Origin: a virus
Lineage: Duplodnaviria > Caudoviricetes
IMG/VR virus record: IMGVR_UViG_3300028048_000068
Span: 1 to 64,000 of that record
Direction: 5' to 3' (one strand)
Length of the DNA: 64,000 nucleotides
The notes below the pieces were generated by a model that was given only the letters and a program-made list of their open reading frames with translations, was not told the origin of the DNA and searched no databases. The translations under genes and the position numbers were made by a program. How positions within the stretch are numbered: the stretch's first letter is position 1; each line of letters starts with the position of its first letter. Positions 48,535-59,800 of this stretch are shown one piece after another.

Positions 48535-49952
48535 TGGATAAAGAAAAAGATAAATTAACAACTTTTTCTCTTTCCGTTTATGGTGACATTACTAGTTATA
48601 ATGAAGTTCTGTCTAAAGCAAGATGCCGCATTTTCTATAAGGGCGCGAATCGAAATGGCACCTTTATTACAGATGAGTTTGCGGAACAGTTAATTTCAAC
48701 ACTTCCATATGTGCCTGTTAAGGGCATATATGATACTATGAAGGATGATTTTACTGACCATGGAAGAGAAAGATATGAGGGACGTATCTATGGTATTGTT
48801 CCAGAAAATCCAAACTTCGCATGGGAGAACCATCTTGATGTAGACGGAGTAGAAAGAACATATGCATGCACTGATGTGTATCTTTTTACTGGATTATATA
48901 AACAAGAAGCTTTTAATATAGTTCAGAAGTCGCAGTCGATGGAGTTATACGCTGATTCTATTGATGGTGAGTGGCAGTATATTGGTGGAAAGAGATATTT
49001 TGTGTTTACAAAAGGTCGTTTCCTTGGTTTACAGGCACTTGGTGAAGATTACGAGCCTTGTTTTGAAGGCGCCGCTTTCTACACATTCGTAGATTCAGTT
49101 AAAACTCTTATGACTGATTTACAAGGCACTGATGTATTTCAAAAGCAGAACTTGGAGGGAGAAAAACATATGAATTTTAAACTTTCTGATAATCAGAAGT
49201 ATAATATGCTTTGGACTCTTTTAAATAATAGATTCAATGAAGAGAACGAATATGTCATGGACTATGCAATTTGCGATGTTTATGACGAGTATGCAGTAGT
49301 ATTTAAGTTTGAAACTGGTGAATACAATAGAGCATATTATACAAAAGATGATGAGACAGATTCTCTTGCCATTGATAAGATGGAAGTTTGCTATATCGTA
49401 GATGTTAATGAGAATGAAAAGCACGCGCTGGACGTTCTTCATGCTATGAATAACAATACTTATGAGAAACTGGACGAGGTTGTAGATGGTCTGAATACTC
49501 AAGTAGAAGAATTTACTGCTCAAGTTGGAGAACTTAACTCCAAAATTGAAGAGAATGATACTACAATCGCTACTTTACAACAGGATAATGAAAAACTTCA
49601 GAATGAATTAGAGGAAGCTAATAGTAATTATACTGCTTCTTTAGAGACAATTGAAACTCTGACTTCTGAAAATACAGAGCTGAACAGCTTTAAGGCTGAT
49701 GTAGAACTGAAAGAAAAGGAAGCTGTTATTGCTAAATACAGCACTCTTCTTGATGAAGAAGACCTTGAAGGTTTCAAAGACAGACTCAACGAGTTCACTA
49801 AAGAAGATTTAGATAAGGAACTTGCTTTTGCTCTCGTTCAATCTAAGTCGACAATTTTCACTAACGCAGAAGATAACTTCATTCCAAAGCCAGAGGAGAA
49901 CCTCACTGGAATCGAGGCTATTTTAGCAAGACAAAAGAATAAGAAGAAATAA
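48534..49952 (+). CDS. prohead protease / scaffold protein
   Basis: NRNG..H..QSMEL..PCFE protease-like N-terminus; acidic coiled-coil C-terminus. Confidence 0.75.
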   Translation: MDKEKDKLTTFSLSVYGDITSYNEVLSKARCRIFYKGANRNGTFITDEFAEQLISTLPYVPVKGIYDTMKDDFTDHGRERYEGRIYGIVPENPNFAWENHLDVDGVERTYACTDVYLFTGLYKQEAFNIVQKSQSMELYADSIDGEWQYIGGKRYFVFTKGRFLGLQALGEDYEPCFEGAAFYTFVDSVKTLMTDLQGTDVFQKQNLEGEKHMNFKLSDNQKYNMLWTLLNNRFNEENEYVMDYAICDVYDEYAVVFKFETGEYNRAYYTKDDETDSLAIDKMEVCYIVDVNENEKHALDVLHAMNNNTYEKLDEVVDGLNTQVEEFTAQVGELNSKIEENDTTIATLQQDNEKLQNELEEANSNYTASLETIETLTSENTELNSFKADVELKEKEAVIAKYSTLLDEEDLEGFKDRLNEFTKEDLDKELAFALVQSKSTIFTNAEDNFIPKPEENLTGIEAILARQKNKKK

Positions 49953-49969
49953 TAAACGGAGGATTTATT

Positions 49970-50566
49970 ATGGCCGGTAATTTTAAAAGATTCGTAATTG
50001 ACGGTTTTGGTCAATTAGAACTTAACCAGGTATCTTTCCGTAGAGATGGAAGAGTTGAGGCTCAGTGTGCCCTTGATGCTACTGATTTCGCTTCGATTCC
50101 AGCTGAAAATGGAATGCTGCTTGCAGTAGATAGAGTTAATAGAACAGTTAAGTTCCCTACTACTGCTAATGTTGCAAAGATGCCGGTTGCTTTAAACTAT
50201 ACAACAGAGCATATGTATGATGAAAGAGCAAATGCTTTAAAGAATTTCAAGCTTGAGAGGGGTACATTCCTTCCTAGACTTGGCTTCCTGTCGGTTGGTG
50301 AGCTGTTCACAACTAACTGTATTGGTTATGATGATAGTGAATGGACTGATACTGGTTCGGGAGCAACAGCAAAGACTGCTGACGAGAATTTTGAGACAGC
50401 TTGTGGTAATATCGCTACTACTCCACTTTATGGTGGAATTAGTGACGCGGGAGCTATTAAGGTTTCGGCTACAAAACCAAGTGCTGGTCCTGTACTGCTT
50501 GTTGTTGAGAAGACAACAATGCCGGATAATCAGTTTGCTCTGAAGTTCCAGGTTCTTGAAGCATAA
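49970..50566 (+). CDS. capsid decoration / head protein
   Basis: between scaffold and major capsid gene; AENGML motif. Confidence 0.65.
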   Translation: MAGNFKRFVIDGFGQLELNQVSFRRDGRVEAQCALDATDFASIPAENGMLLAVDRVNRTVKFPTTANVAKMPVALNYTTEHMYDERANALKNFKLERGTFLPRLGFLSVGELFTTNCIGYDDSEWTDTGSGATAKTADENFETACGNIATTPLYGGISDAGAIKVSATKPSAGPVLLVVEKTTMPDNQFALKFQVLEA

Positions 50567-50582
50567 TAGGGAGGTATGAAGA

Positions 50583-51644
50583 ATGACTATTAAAGAAATG
50601 AAAGAATTAGCTGTATATGCGGCTAAGGGTCAGGCTCCAACTAACTATTCTGTAGAGAACGTTGATGATGCTCTTCGCGAAGGATTCAGAGAGTTAGCTG
50701 GTTCCGTCAATCAGTTCATGAAGAACAGATATGACATTTATGAAATTATAATTGAGGCTGCTGACGAAATCGTTCCTAACAAGGTTATCGACGCTGTAGG
50801 AATGTTCGCAGAGGTTCAACAGGTTGGACAAGGTCAGAAGGCTCTGTTCAGACAGAAGCTGGGCAGAAGCAGAGCAAGAAAGTTCCTTACTCAGGTTGGT
50901 CTGTCTGGTGTATATGAGAGTTTCAGACTCGACAATAGCACTTTCGAAGTTAGCGCTCACGCTATCGGCGGAGCCGTTTCTATCGACTTCGAGAGAATGC
51001 TTGATGGTGCTGAAAACATGGCTGAGCTCGTTGGAATTCTGACAGAGGCTCAGACTGATGCAGTATATCAAGAGGTTCAGAGAGCACTGCGCGCTGCTGT
51101 TACTCAACAGGGTGTTCCGGCTAACAACAGAGCTAACGTAACAGTTGGTAATGACTTTGATGGCCAGGAAATGATGAAGCTCATCTCGACAGTTAGAAGC
51201 TATGGTTCTGGCGCTGTTATCTTTGCACCGCCTGAATTCGTTGCTGCTATGGGTGCTGATGCTATCGTTCCGGTTGCTGCTAATGGCAACTATGGTGGAG
51301 TATATCATCCACAGGACATCGATGCTATCCACAACCAGGGATACATCAATATCTTTAGAGGAACTCCGATTGTTCAGATTCCGCAATCATTTGTTGATGA
51401 GAACAACGTAGAGACTTGGATTGACCCACAACTTGCTTACGTACTGCCGACTGGTGGTGAGAGAGTTGTTAAGGTTGTATTTGAAGGACAGACTCAGATT
51501 TGGGACTTCACAAATGCAGACCAATCCATGGAGATTCATACTTATAGAAAGCTCGGAACAGCTATCCTTGCTTATCATAACTGGGGAATTTATAAGAATG
51601 AGGGAATCGCTCAGACTTATAAGGAGATGTATCCGAACGTATAA
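50583..51644 (+). CDS. major capsid protein
   Basis: 353 aa, biased codon usage, position, terminator 51655-51685. Confidence 0.8.
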   Translation: MTIKEMKELAVYAAKGQAPTNYSVENVDDALREGFRELAGSVNQFMKNRYDIYEIIIEAADEIVPNKVIDAVGMFAEVQQVGQGQKALFRQKLGRSRARKFLTQVGLSGVYESFRLDNSTFEVSAHAIGGAVSIDFERMLDGAENMAELVGILTEAQTDAVYQEVQRALRAAVTQQGVPANNRANVTVGNDFDGQEMMKLISTVRSYGSGAVIFAPPEFVAAMGADAIVPVAANGNYGGVYHPQDIDAIHNQGYINIFRGTPIVQIPQSFVDENNVETWIDPQLAYVLPTGGERVVKVVFEGQTQIWDFTNADQSMEIHTYRKLGTAILAYHNWGIYKNEGIAQTYKEMYPNV

Positions 51645-51817
51645 TTGGTTAAATAGGGGAGGGGTTCGTCCCCTCCCTAATTTATTTGTAATATGTTGAG
51701 GTTGTACGTTGAAGCGCGGCCGCCCGTCTATGCGCGGCATGAGGTGTCGTCTATGTCTGTACGAGGGCGACTGGCCGCAGTGTACGTAAGACCTAGGAGT
51801 TAAAAGGAGTATTTAAA

Positions 51818-52306
51818 ATGGATAAGAAAGTAAAAGTTGTAAGTTTAGTTTCACAAAGGGTTGTGCTGACAGTACCAGACTTAAGGCTTAGACGTGTTTG
51901 GGAAAGAAAAGGTGCTACAGCAGTAATTCCTTTTGAGCAGTTAGAAGAGGCTATGTATAGTCCTGGTGTTGAGAATATGTTTAAGAATGGTATTCTTGGC
52001 ATTGATGACATGGAAGTTAAGATTGCGCTGGGTCTTGAACCAGATGGAGCAAAGGAGCCAGTAAATATTATTACTCTGAATGATGAACAGAGAAAGCGTT
52101 ATCTTAAGGTAATGCCGGTTTCAGAATTTAGACAGAAGATTAAAGAGCTTCCAATTGAACAAATTAACGAACTGGCGGCATATGCTATTGCAAATGAGAT
52201 TATGGACTATGATAAGTCTGAAATTATTCAGCAATACGTAGATGTTGATATTATGAAGGCCATTAAGTTAAATAGGGACGACCAAGCCGTAGCAAAGGAG
52301 AAATAA
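51818..52306 (+). CDS. head-associated hypothetical protein
   Basis: ORF track; position. Confidence 0.7.
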   Translation: MDKKVKVVSLVSQRVVLTVPDLRLRRVWERKGATAVIPFEQLEEAMYSPGVENMFKNGILGIDDMEVKIALGLEPDGAKEPVNIITLNDEQRKRYLKVMPVSEFRQKIKELPIEQINELAAYAIANEIMDYDKSEIIQQYVDVDIMKAIKLNRDDQAVAKEK

Positions 52307-52307
52307 A

Positions 52308-52736
52308 ATGGCTTCAGTCTATGACGTATATGATGCGTTTCTATCTAAAATGTTAGAAGACGAATGGTTAAATTGGACAGATGAAGAAAGAGAAATGGAT
52401 TGGCGGTCTTTATTAGATGCGGCGATTCCTTATTTTAAGTTTCCTAGGGTTAGCTTGGAGATTCAAGATGATATGTTCGTTGATGAAAATGTAGCCAATG
52501 AAGAGATTCAAATACTTGCAACTTATATGAAATGCGAATGGCTTAATAGAACCATTATGACATGGGAGAATGTTAAGCCATTATATGTTGAAAGAGATTT
52601 CTCACAAGCTAATTTAATAGATAAGTTAAAACAATTACTTGAAAGAGAGGAATATAAAGCATTGAAGTTAGAACGTATTTACTATCGTTCTCGCAAGGGC
52701 CAGCCATTTACATATAGACAATTGGCAGGAGAGTAA
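52308..52736 (+). CDS. putative head-tail adaptor
   Basis: position; DFSQAN motif. Confidence 0.55.
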   Translation: MASVYDVYDAFLSKMLEDEWLNWTDEEREMDWRSLLDAAIPYFKFPRVSLEIQDDMFVDENVANEEIQILATYMKCEWLNRTIMTWENVKPLYVERDFSQANLIDKLKQLLEREEYKALKLERIYYRSRKGQPFTYRQLAGE

Positions 52737-52737
52737 A

Positions 52738-53025
52738 ATGAAATATATTCCTGGTATGGATGAAGGATATGCAAATAGTTTAAAGAATAAACTATTTGGA
52801 TTACTTTGCGAATACGAGAAAGGAAGAGAGTGGGAAAAGTTTTTAGACTCAATTATTATTGAGTTATATGGTTTTGACCCAGAGGAAAGAACCATTAATT
52901 ATTATACCCTGTTTCATAAAATTTCCTCTTTGAGATATTTACGTTATGAGTATTTTAGAAGTACAATTTTTGATTGTATGTCTTTACTTTCAAAACAAAT
53001 GGAGGGAGACGATGGGATACTATGA
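52738..53025 (+). CDS. hypothetical structural-module protein
   Basis: ORF track. Confidence 0.7.
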   Translation: MKYIPGMDEGYANSLKNKLFGLLCEYEKGREWEKFLDSIIIELYGFDPEERTINYYTLFHKISSLRYLRYEYFRSTIFDCMSLLSKQMEGDDGIL

Positions 53026-53734
53026 GGAAGTATATTTAAAGAGGTTAAATAGATATGGAGTAGACTTTCAATCTCGTTTACAAGGTCAGAGAGAAGAAAA
53101 TTTCCATAGGCAGTTGATGAAGTCGGTTTATTATGTGGAATTTGAATACGACGGAGAAGTGCGCGAGGGCGAACTTACACCGATGAGACAGAATGAAACA
53201 AAAACGATGCAGTATTTATTAACCGACGTACATTTAGATATGCCGAATGGAACAATTTTATTTATCCCAGATAAGGATTATGAATTAAGACCTTGGCTTA
53301 TTTATTATTTAGAAGATATGAAAGCTAGTGGATATAATAGATATATTATGTTGAAGATGACTCATTTTCTTACTTGGAAAGACAGAGATGGTAATGAGCA
53401 GACTTCTTGGGCATACTTCTATGGTCAGGAAGATAACATGCTTAAAGATGAGTTAAAATCACGTAGTAGAAGTAAGGTATTATATACTGAAAATTTAAAG
53501 TTAAGTTTCTTTATTTTACCAGTTAATGAGTTTTTAAGAAAAGACGATTATTTAGAAGTTGGTGAAGGCAGATTAAAAGAAGCTTATGTTGTTACTGGTT
53601 ATGATATGCAGTCAACTCCTGGAGTTGAATTCGTATCAGTAGACCCACAATATATTAGAGATTTAACTCCACCGCCAGAGCAGAAGGAAGGGGATAATAA
53701 CGATGACTACTTCTGGTTGAATGGAGGTAAATAG
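53012..53734 (+). CDS. putative head closure / neck protein
   Basis: GGAGG RBS before MGYYEE; position. Confidence 0.55.
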   Translation: MGYYEEVYLKRLNRYGVDFQSRLQGQREENFHRQLMKSVYYVEFEYDGEVREGELTPMRQNETKTMQYLLTDVHLDMPNGTILFIPDKDYELRPWLIYYLEDMKASGYNRYIMLKMTHFLTWKDRDGNEQTSWAYFYGQEDNMLKDELKSRSRSKVLYTENLKLSFFILPVNEFLRKDDYLEVGEGRLKEAYVVTGYDMQSTPGVEFVSVDPQYIRDLTPPPEQKEGDNNDDYFWLNGGK

Positions 53735-53736
53735 AT

Positions 53737-54228
53737 ATGAACGTAAGAAATTGTAAAGACATTGGAGTTAACGCTCAATATATAGTGAAAAGGCTTTTAG
53801 CCAATCAAAACTTACTAAAACTATTATATTACACTGATAAAGACCCATTGAGTCATGAGGATTTAACCGAAGAACAAATACAGAATGAGGTATTTGGGAA
53901 GTTAATTAAAATAGTTCCTCGTGTTGGTCCAAAAGAGACGGCGCACTCAATTATTGCACTTCGAATCGCGCGAGCCCGCGGTTTAGCATCAAACAATGAA
54001 TTTAAAAATGTAATGATTAGTGTTGAAGTTTTTGTGCCAATGACTCAATGGATTATTAAAGATACTAATTTAAGGCCTTTTGCTATTATGGGGGAAGTTC
54101 AGGAGTCATTAAATAATAAGAAGATTGAAGGATTAGGTAAGTTAACTGGCGGAGATTTCAGTTTAAATTTCTTAACTGAAGAAATTTCTGCCTATGAACA
54201 AACCTTCGTATTAACTTCTTATGATTGA
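53737..54228 (+). CDS. putative tail terminator / neck protein
   Basis: position; LLYY..RPFAI motifs. Confidence 0.5.
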   Translation: MNVRNCKDIGVNAQYIVKRLLANQNLLKLLYYTDKDPLSHEDLTEEQIQNEVFGKLIKIVPRVGPKETAHSIIALRIARARGLASNNEFKNVMISVEVFVPMTQWIIKDTNLRPFAIMGEVQESLNNKKIEGLGKLTGGDFSLNFLTEEISAYEQTFVLTSYD

Positions 54229-54985
54229 TGAAAAAATTTTACTTGGCTTTCCGATTGACTTCCAAGGGATTTGTCAAATATATCCCCCTAAAGTAAAAGA
54301 TGTGGTTGGTAATAAAGATTTCGGTATTTATCAATCATTGTTTACAATGACTCAAGAGGAGTTGGATAAAGCGTTTTTACAAGACGAAAATGTGCAAAGG
54401 GTTCCAACTCCTTTTCAGTATTTATTAATTAACTATTATCAAGATGATGTGGTTAAAGAGAAAATTGAAGAAGCTTTTCAATATTTTGTGCATGAACCGG
54501 TTACTATTGTTCCGGAGATTGAGATGTTGTTGATTGGGAAGTCGGAAGATGAATTAGACCCAGACGTAGACCTTGAAAATCCAAGGCTGCTTACTGCGGA
54601 GAATTATTTCGAATTTCAAAATCAGATACGTAAGGTTATGGGAGTGGAGGCCGAGAAGGCACCCGACCCAGAGGAAGAAAACCTAGACCCGCGCATTAAA
54701 CGATATAAAATGAAAATTAAGCAAAGTGAAGAGTTACTTAAGAGAAAAAAAGCTAAAGAAGCTCCAACTTTGGGAACTTTACTGACTGCAATTTGTTGTA
54801 TGGGAATTGGTTTAAATCCACTTAATATTGGAGAGATGAGCTATGCGTGCGTTCATTGGTTAATTGCAATGGAACAGCAAAAGGAAGAATACGATATTGA
54901 TATACGTGCGCTTCTTGCTGGCGCGGATAGTAAAAAAGTTAAACCAAAATATTGGATAAAAAATATAGACGAAAAAGAATTATAG
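54221..54985 (+). CDS. putative tail assembly protein
   Basis: position before tail tube. Confidence 0.5.
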   Translation: MIDEKILLGFPIDFQGICQIYPPKVKDVVGNKDFGIYQSLFTMTQEELDKAFLQDENVQRVPTPFQYLLINYYQDDVVKEKIEEAFQYFVHEPVTIVPEIEMLLIGKSEDELDPDVDLENPRLLTAENYFEFQNQIRKVMGVEAEKAPDPEEENLDPRIKRYKMKIKQSEELLKRKKAKEAPTLGTLLTAICCMGIGLNPLNIGEMSYACVHWLIAMEQQKEEYDIDIRALLAGADSKKVKPKYWIKNIDEKEL

Positions 54986-54998
54986 GAGGCTATATAAT

Positions 54999-55991
54999 AT
55001 GGCAATTATTCTTGATAAATATGCTATCAAAGAAGTCGCTGACGTTATGTTCTACGAGTTAGACTCGAAGGGCGCTCCTTCTGCTCCAGTTCTTTATCTG
55101 GACACTCTTAAGACATCAACTCTGAGCCAGAGCTCTGAAGTTGTTGACGCTAGAGGTGGTAAAGGTAACGTTAAGATTCTTTCTTGGGATACTAACAAAG
55201 AGCTTACTATCGAGATGGAGGATGCTGTATACAGCGCTAAGTCTCTCGGTATCATGTTCGGTGGAGACATGAAGGTTTATGGAAATAAGCAGGAAGTTCT
55301 GAAGACTCTTCGCTACAGCCTTGAAGACATTAAGCAGGTTTCAACTGATTATCTTACTTTTGATATCGCTGGTAATAAGCTTTACATTGCTAAAACTTTA
55401 GTATCTGCATTTAGCTATCAAAAGACTGATGGTACAGAAGTTGCTGACCCAGTTCCAATGGCTGCTGCTACAGTAGATTGGACTACTGGAAAGAGCACAG
55501 ATGGAAAGCAGGCTGTTGAGTTTATTACTTTTGACCTATTAGACTGCACATCAAGTGCTACTAGCAGAACTGCTAATAATGGCGTTATCAATGGCGGTGT
55601 TACAATTGATATCGGTGCAGAGTTCAATTCAAATACTTATTACATCACTGGCGATACATATGCTAGAAACGTTGCTTCCGGTAAGGACGAATTCCTTCAG
55701 TTCATCATTCCAAAGGGAAAGGTTTCTGCTGAGGATGTTAGCCTGACAATGGAAGCTGATGGAGACCCTGCTACATTCTCGATGACAGTTCAGTGCCTGA
55801 AGTCCGAGAGTGGCTCAATGGTTAAGCTTGTTAAGTACAATATTGGTGCTGGCGGTGCTGACGCTATTGGTAATAAGGGCGTTGCATCTGTTCTTGATGG
55901 TTTTGAAAATAATCATGACACTTATACAAATCCTAACGCTGCAGTTTCCGGAATTTCGCAGAATGACCCGGATTTCGTACCAGGAGAATAA
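54999..55991 (+). CDS. major tail (tube) protein
   Basis: ARGGKGN..WD..KE; IPKGK..LTMEADGDP..F; biased codons; terminator 56011-56043. Confidence 0.75.
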   Translation: MAIILDKYAIKEVADVMFYELDSKGAPSAPVLYLDTLKTSTLSQSSEVVDARGGKGNVKILSWDTNKELTIEMEDAVYSAKSLGIMFGGDMKVYGNKQEVLKTLRYSLEDIKQVSTDYLTFDIAGNKLYIAKTLVSAFSYQKTDGTEVADPVPMAAATVDWTTGKSTDGKQAVEFITFDLLDCTSSATSRTANNGVINGGVTIDIGAEFNSNTYYITGDTYARNVASGKDEFLQFIIPKGKVSAEDVSLTMEADGDPATFSMTVQCLKSESGSMVKLVKYNIGAGGADAIGNKGVASVLDGFENNHDTYTNPNAAVSGISQNDPDFVPGE

Positions 55992-56055
55992 TTTAATAAA
56001 GCAACTTATGGCGGAGGGGCGGTAACGTCTCTCCGCTTTTGTTTAGGAGACATAT

Positions 56056-56862
56056 ATGGATAATAAGTTCGGTATGCAAGAACTGTACTTTGTGCAGTTA
56101 AAATCCACTTATCCTATAGAGATAAAAGGTAGAGAAATTGCCGCGGGTGAAGTTATTGCGGCGTTTGATAAAATTCAAATTAGTAACTTTCAAGAAATAC
56201 ATAAAGAAGTAGCCGCACAAGGTGGCTACTATAATCGAAAGTTGGTAGTTTGGAACAGGACTGAGGGAGTAAATTTAATTTTCACGCAAGGAGTATTTTC
56301 AAAGACTCAATTAGGACTTATGACAAATACTCGATTAGTTAATATCGGTGAGAATCAAATTGTACGGATTGCACAACGCGATGAGCTTGAAACCGATAGT
56401 GAAGGGAAAATTACATTAACCCACGTACCTATAGATTCGTGGATTTTTGTTTATAATAAAGAAACGGGTGAGAAACTGACGAATTTAACTTGGGTTGATA
56501 AAACTCAAGCTATACTGCAAACCCCTCTAGTCTATAAGGATGTTATTGTAGATTATGAATATGGATATGATAATGGCGCGGATGTGAGTTTTATTGGCGA
56601 AGATATCTTTGAGGGGTATGTGACTTTAGAGGGACGTACGAGAATTAAAGATGACATAACTGGCGAAACTCATACGGCAATTATTTATATTCCGAAATTA
56701 AAAATTACGTCAGACTTTAATCTCACTTTAGGAACAAATGCGCAGCCAGTGGTAGGGAAGTTTAGTGGAACGGCTTTACCGATTGGAAATGCGAAAAATT
56801 CAAAAGCCTTAGAGATATATTACTTGGAAGATGATATAGATAGAGATTCCGAATGGCGTTAA
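56056..56862 (+). CDS. second tail-tube-like protein
   Basis: AQGG..N..W; IPKLKI..L..P pattern parallels the preceding gene. Confidence 0.55.
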   Translation: MDNKFGMQELYFVQLKSTYPIEIKGREIAAGEVIAAFDKIQISNFQEIHKEVAAQGGYYNRKLVVWNRTEGVNLIFTQGVFSKTQLGLMTNTRLVNIGENQIVRIAQRDELETDSEGKITLTHVPIDSWIFVYNKETGEKLTNLTWVDKTQAILQTPLVYKDVIVDYEYGYDNGADVSFIGEDIFEGYVTLEGRTRIKDDITGETHTAIIYIPKLKITSDFNLTLGTNAQPVVGKFSGTALPIGNAKNSKALEIYYLEDDIDRDSEWR

Positions 56863-56897
56863 TTTTTAATTAACGCTATTTTTTATTGGAGGTAAAT

Positions 56898-59800
56898 ATG
56901 AGTGACCAGGTTATAGGCGTAACCATAAAAGGTATAGGTGATTTTAGCGACGTTGTCAGTAATGTCGGCAGTGTGCAAAAAGCCTTAGCCAAACTTAAAC
57001 TACCAGATAAGTTAGGTGATAGTTTAAACAAAAATATTACTGCCTTTTATAAGGAATATGAAAAATATCAGAAGAAAATCACTGAAGGTGTTAAAACTCA
57101 AGGCGATTATAATCAAGTAGAAAAATCCTTAAATAATATGCGCAGTTTATATCAAGCAATTGGTAAGGATGCACAGAAACTTACTCAGCTTGATATGAAA
57201 GATATGCTTAATCTCGACACTGGTGAAGTTAAAAAGATTATGGATGAATTAACCAGTGTTGTTAAACAGATTGGTAGTGTTAAGATTGATACTACTCCAT
57301 TTACTAAAGCTTTTGCTGATATTCGAAGCATAACTAAAAATTCTAAAATATCTGGCGACAATGGTTTGTTAAGTCAGATTATTGGTAGTGTTAATACTGG
57401 ACAGATTGCCGCAGCTAAGAAACAATTACAAGAATTAGAAAATTATGCTAAAAAAGTTGCTCCACGCACTACAGAGACTGGCGCGAGAATGCCAGGTACT
57501 TTAAGCGCAGAAAAATATCAACAGTTAACTGCCGCGATTGGTGTTATGAATGGTGCCGTCGCACAAGCAGAAGCGGCGATGAATCCTTTAATTGAGCGAC
57601 AAAACGATTTACAAAAAGAATTAGATGAGACAAAACAAAAGGCTGCGCAAGGGATTAAAAATGAATTTGATGGATATAATCAAGCTAGTAATCAAGTTGA
57701 TAATTTGACTGAATCGCTAAAACGTATGCATCAAGAAGAGTTTAATTTTAATCGACAAGCTACAGACATTAGTCGACAAATACAGCAATATTTTGGATTA
57801 ACTCAAATTATTAGAAAGGTTGGTGATATTGCTCGTGATGCATTCGCTACAGTTAAAGAACTTGATGCTGCAATGACTCAAACTGCAGTAGTTACTAATT
57901 TTAGTGTTGGCGATATGTGGGATATGCTTCCTACTTATACTGCACAAGCTAATCAACTTGGCTCTACTATTAAAGATGTATATGAAGCTGCAACACTGTA
58001 TTATCAACAGGGTTTAAACACTAATCAAGCAATGAGTCTTGCTAATGAAACATTAAAAATGGCAAGAATTGCTGGATTAGGTGCGGCCGATGCAACTAAT
58101 ATGATGACTGCGGCACTCCGTGGATTTAATATGGAGATTAATCAGCAGTCAGCACAAAAAATTAATGATATTTATTCAGAATTAGCTGCGATTACAGCAT
58201 CAGATACTAAAGAAATCGGCTCTGCTATGGAAAGAACCGCGTCAATTGCTAATTCTGCTAATATGGAATTTGCTACTACATCCGCATTTCTTGCTCAGAT
58301 GATTGAAACAACCCGTGAGGCACCTGAGAATTTAGGTACTGCGATGAAGACTATTGTAGCTAGATTCCAAGAAATGAAGCAAGACCCTACAAAGCTGATT
58401 GATTCTGAGGGTGTTGCAATGGATGCCAATAAAGTTGATAAGGCATTAAAAACTATTGGCGTTAACTTGATGAATACAAAAGGTGAGTTCCGTGACTTGG
58501 ACGATGTATTCTTAGAGATTGCATCTAAATGGAATTCATTAAGCCAAGGACAGCAAAGATATATAGCGACCATTGCAGCGGGTTCTAGACAACAGTCACG
58601 TTTCATTGCTATGATGAGTAATTATGAGCGTACAATGGAACTGGTTGATGCTGCAAATAATAGTGCTGGTGCGAGTCAAAGACAATTTGAGAAAACATTA
58701 GATTCCATGGAAGCTAAATTAAATAAGCTGAAAAATGCTTGGGACCAATTTACCATGGGATTAATGAATAATCAAATTTTAAAATTTGGTGTTAGTGCTT
58801 TAACTGAAGGATTTACAATTATCAATAAATTTATTGATATACTTGGAAAGATTCCGCCAAAACCTTTTGAGGGAGTTACAAAATCTTTATTGACCTTAGT
58901 TTCTACTGTGGGTTTACTTAAACTCGGTGGTCGTGGAGCTAGTGCAATATCAGGAGGAATTTTTGGATGGCTTGGTGGAGAAGGATTCTCTAAAGGATTT
59001 AATGCGGGTTGGGCTCGCCCTGGAAAAAATAATCAACCTGGTGGAGAAACGAATAAACCTACTAATGGAATTATAAAACAAAGTCAGTTTAGCGCACCTA
59101 TTGTTAAAGATATTAATAGTGGTAAAATAGCTAATGCAATAGTTCAACAATTTAATAAAGCTAAACAACAAATTAATAGTATACCTTGGAATACTACTAT
59201 AGCTGTAGATAATCTTATTGACCAGTCAGCTTTAACTGCAGAAGGTAAAGAAGCGGGCCATAAATTGTGGCTTAGCATTCAGCAAGAGGTTAATAATGGT
59301 ACTTTAAAACCAGAATTAGCAACTATAGCATTTCAAAATCGTTTTCAGGGTAATATTGATTTTACTCAATTATCTGGAGAAGAAGAACGAGTAGAGCAAT
59401 TATCTTCAAGGTTTGATGGATTAGGAACCAAAATTAGTAGTGCAGGAATGAGTTTACAACAGTTTGGTTCTGTTTTACAAGGAACACCATTAGAACCTTT
59501 TGGTAATTTTTTAACGCGTATTGGCACATTAATGGTGACAGTTGGCGACACTGCAGTAAAAGTGGGCAGAAAATTAGTAACTGCTTTTATGAAGGCTAAA
59601 ACTGCTTCCGTTGCTGCAGGCGGAGGATTAAGTGGATTGAAAGCTGGAGCTTCAGCTTTTATAGGGGTTTTCACTAAAATTCCACCGCATATATTATTAA
59701 TTATTGCCGCTATAGCTGCAGCAATAGCAGTAGTTCATCATTTTGCGACAGCAAATAAAAGAGCTTTAGAAGCAGTAACAGATGCAGCTGCAGCAGCTTC

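Noticed and set aside
50694-51386. 230-aa minus-strand ORF
   Set aside because: Antisense shadow of the codon-biased major capsid gene.
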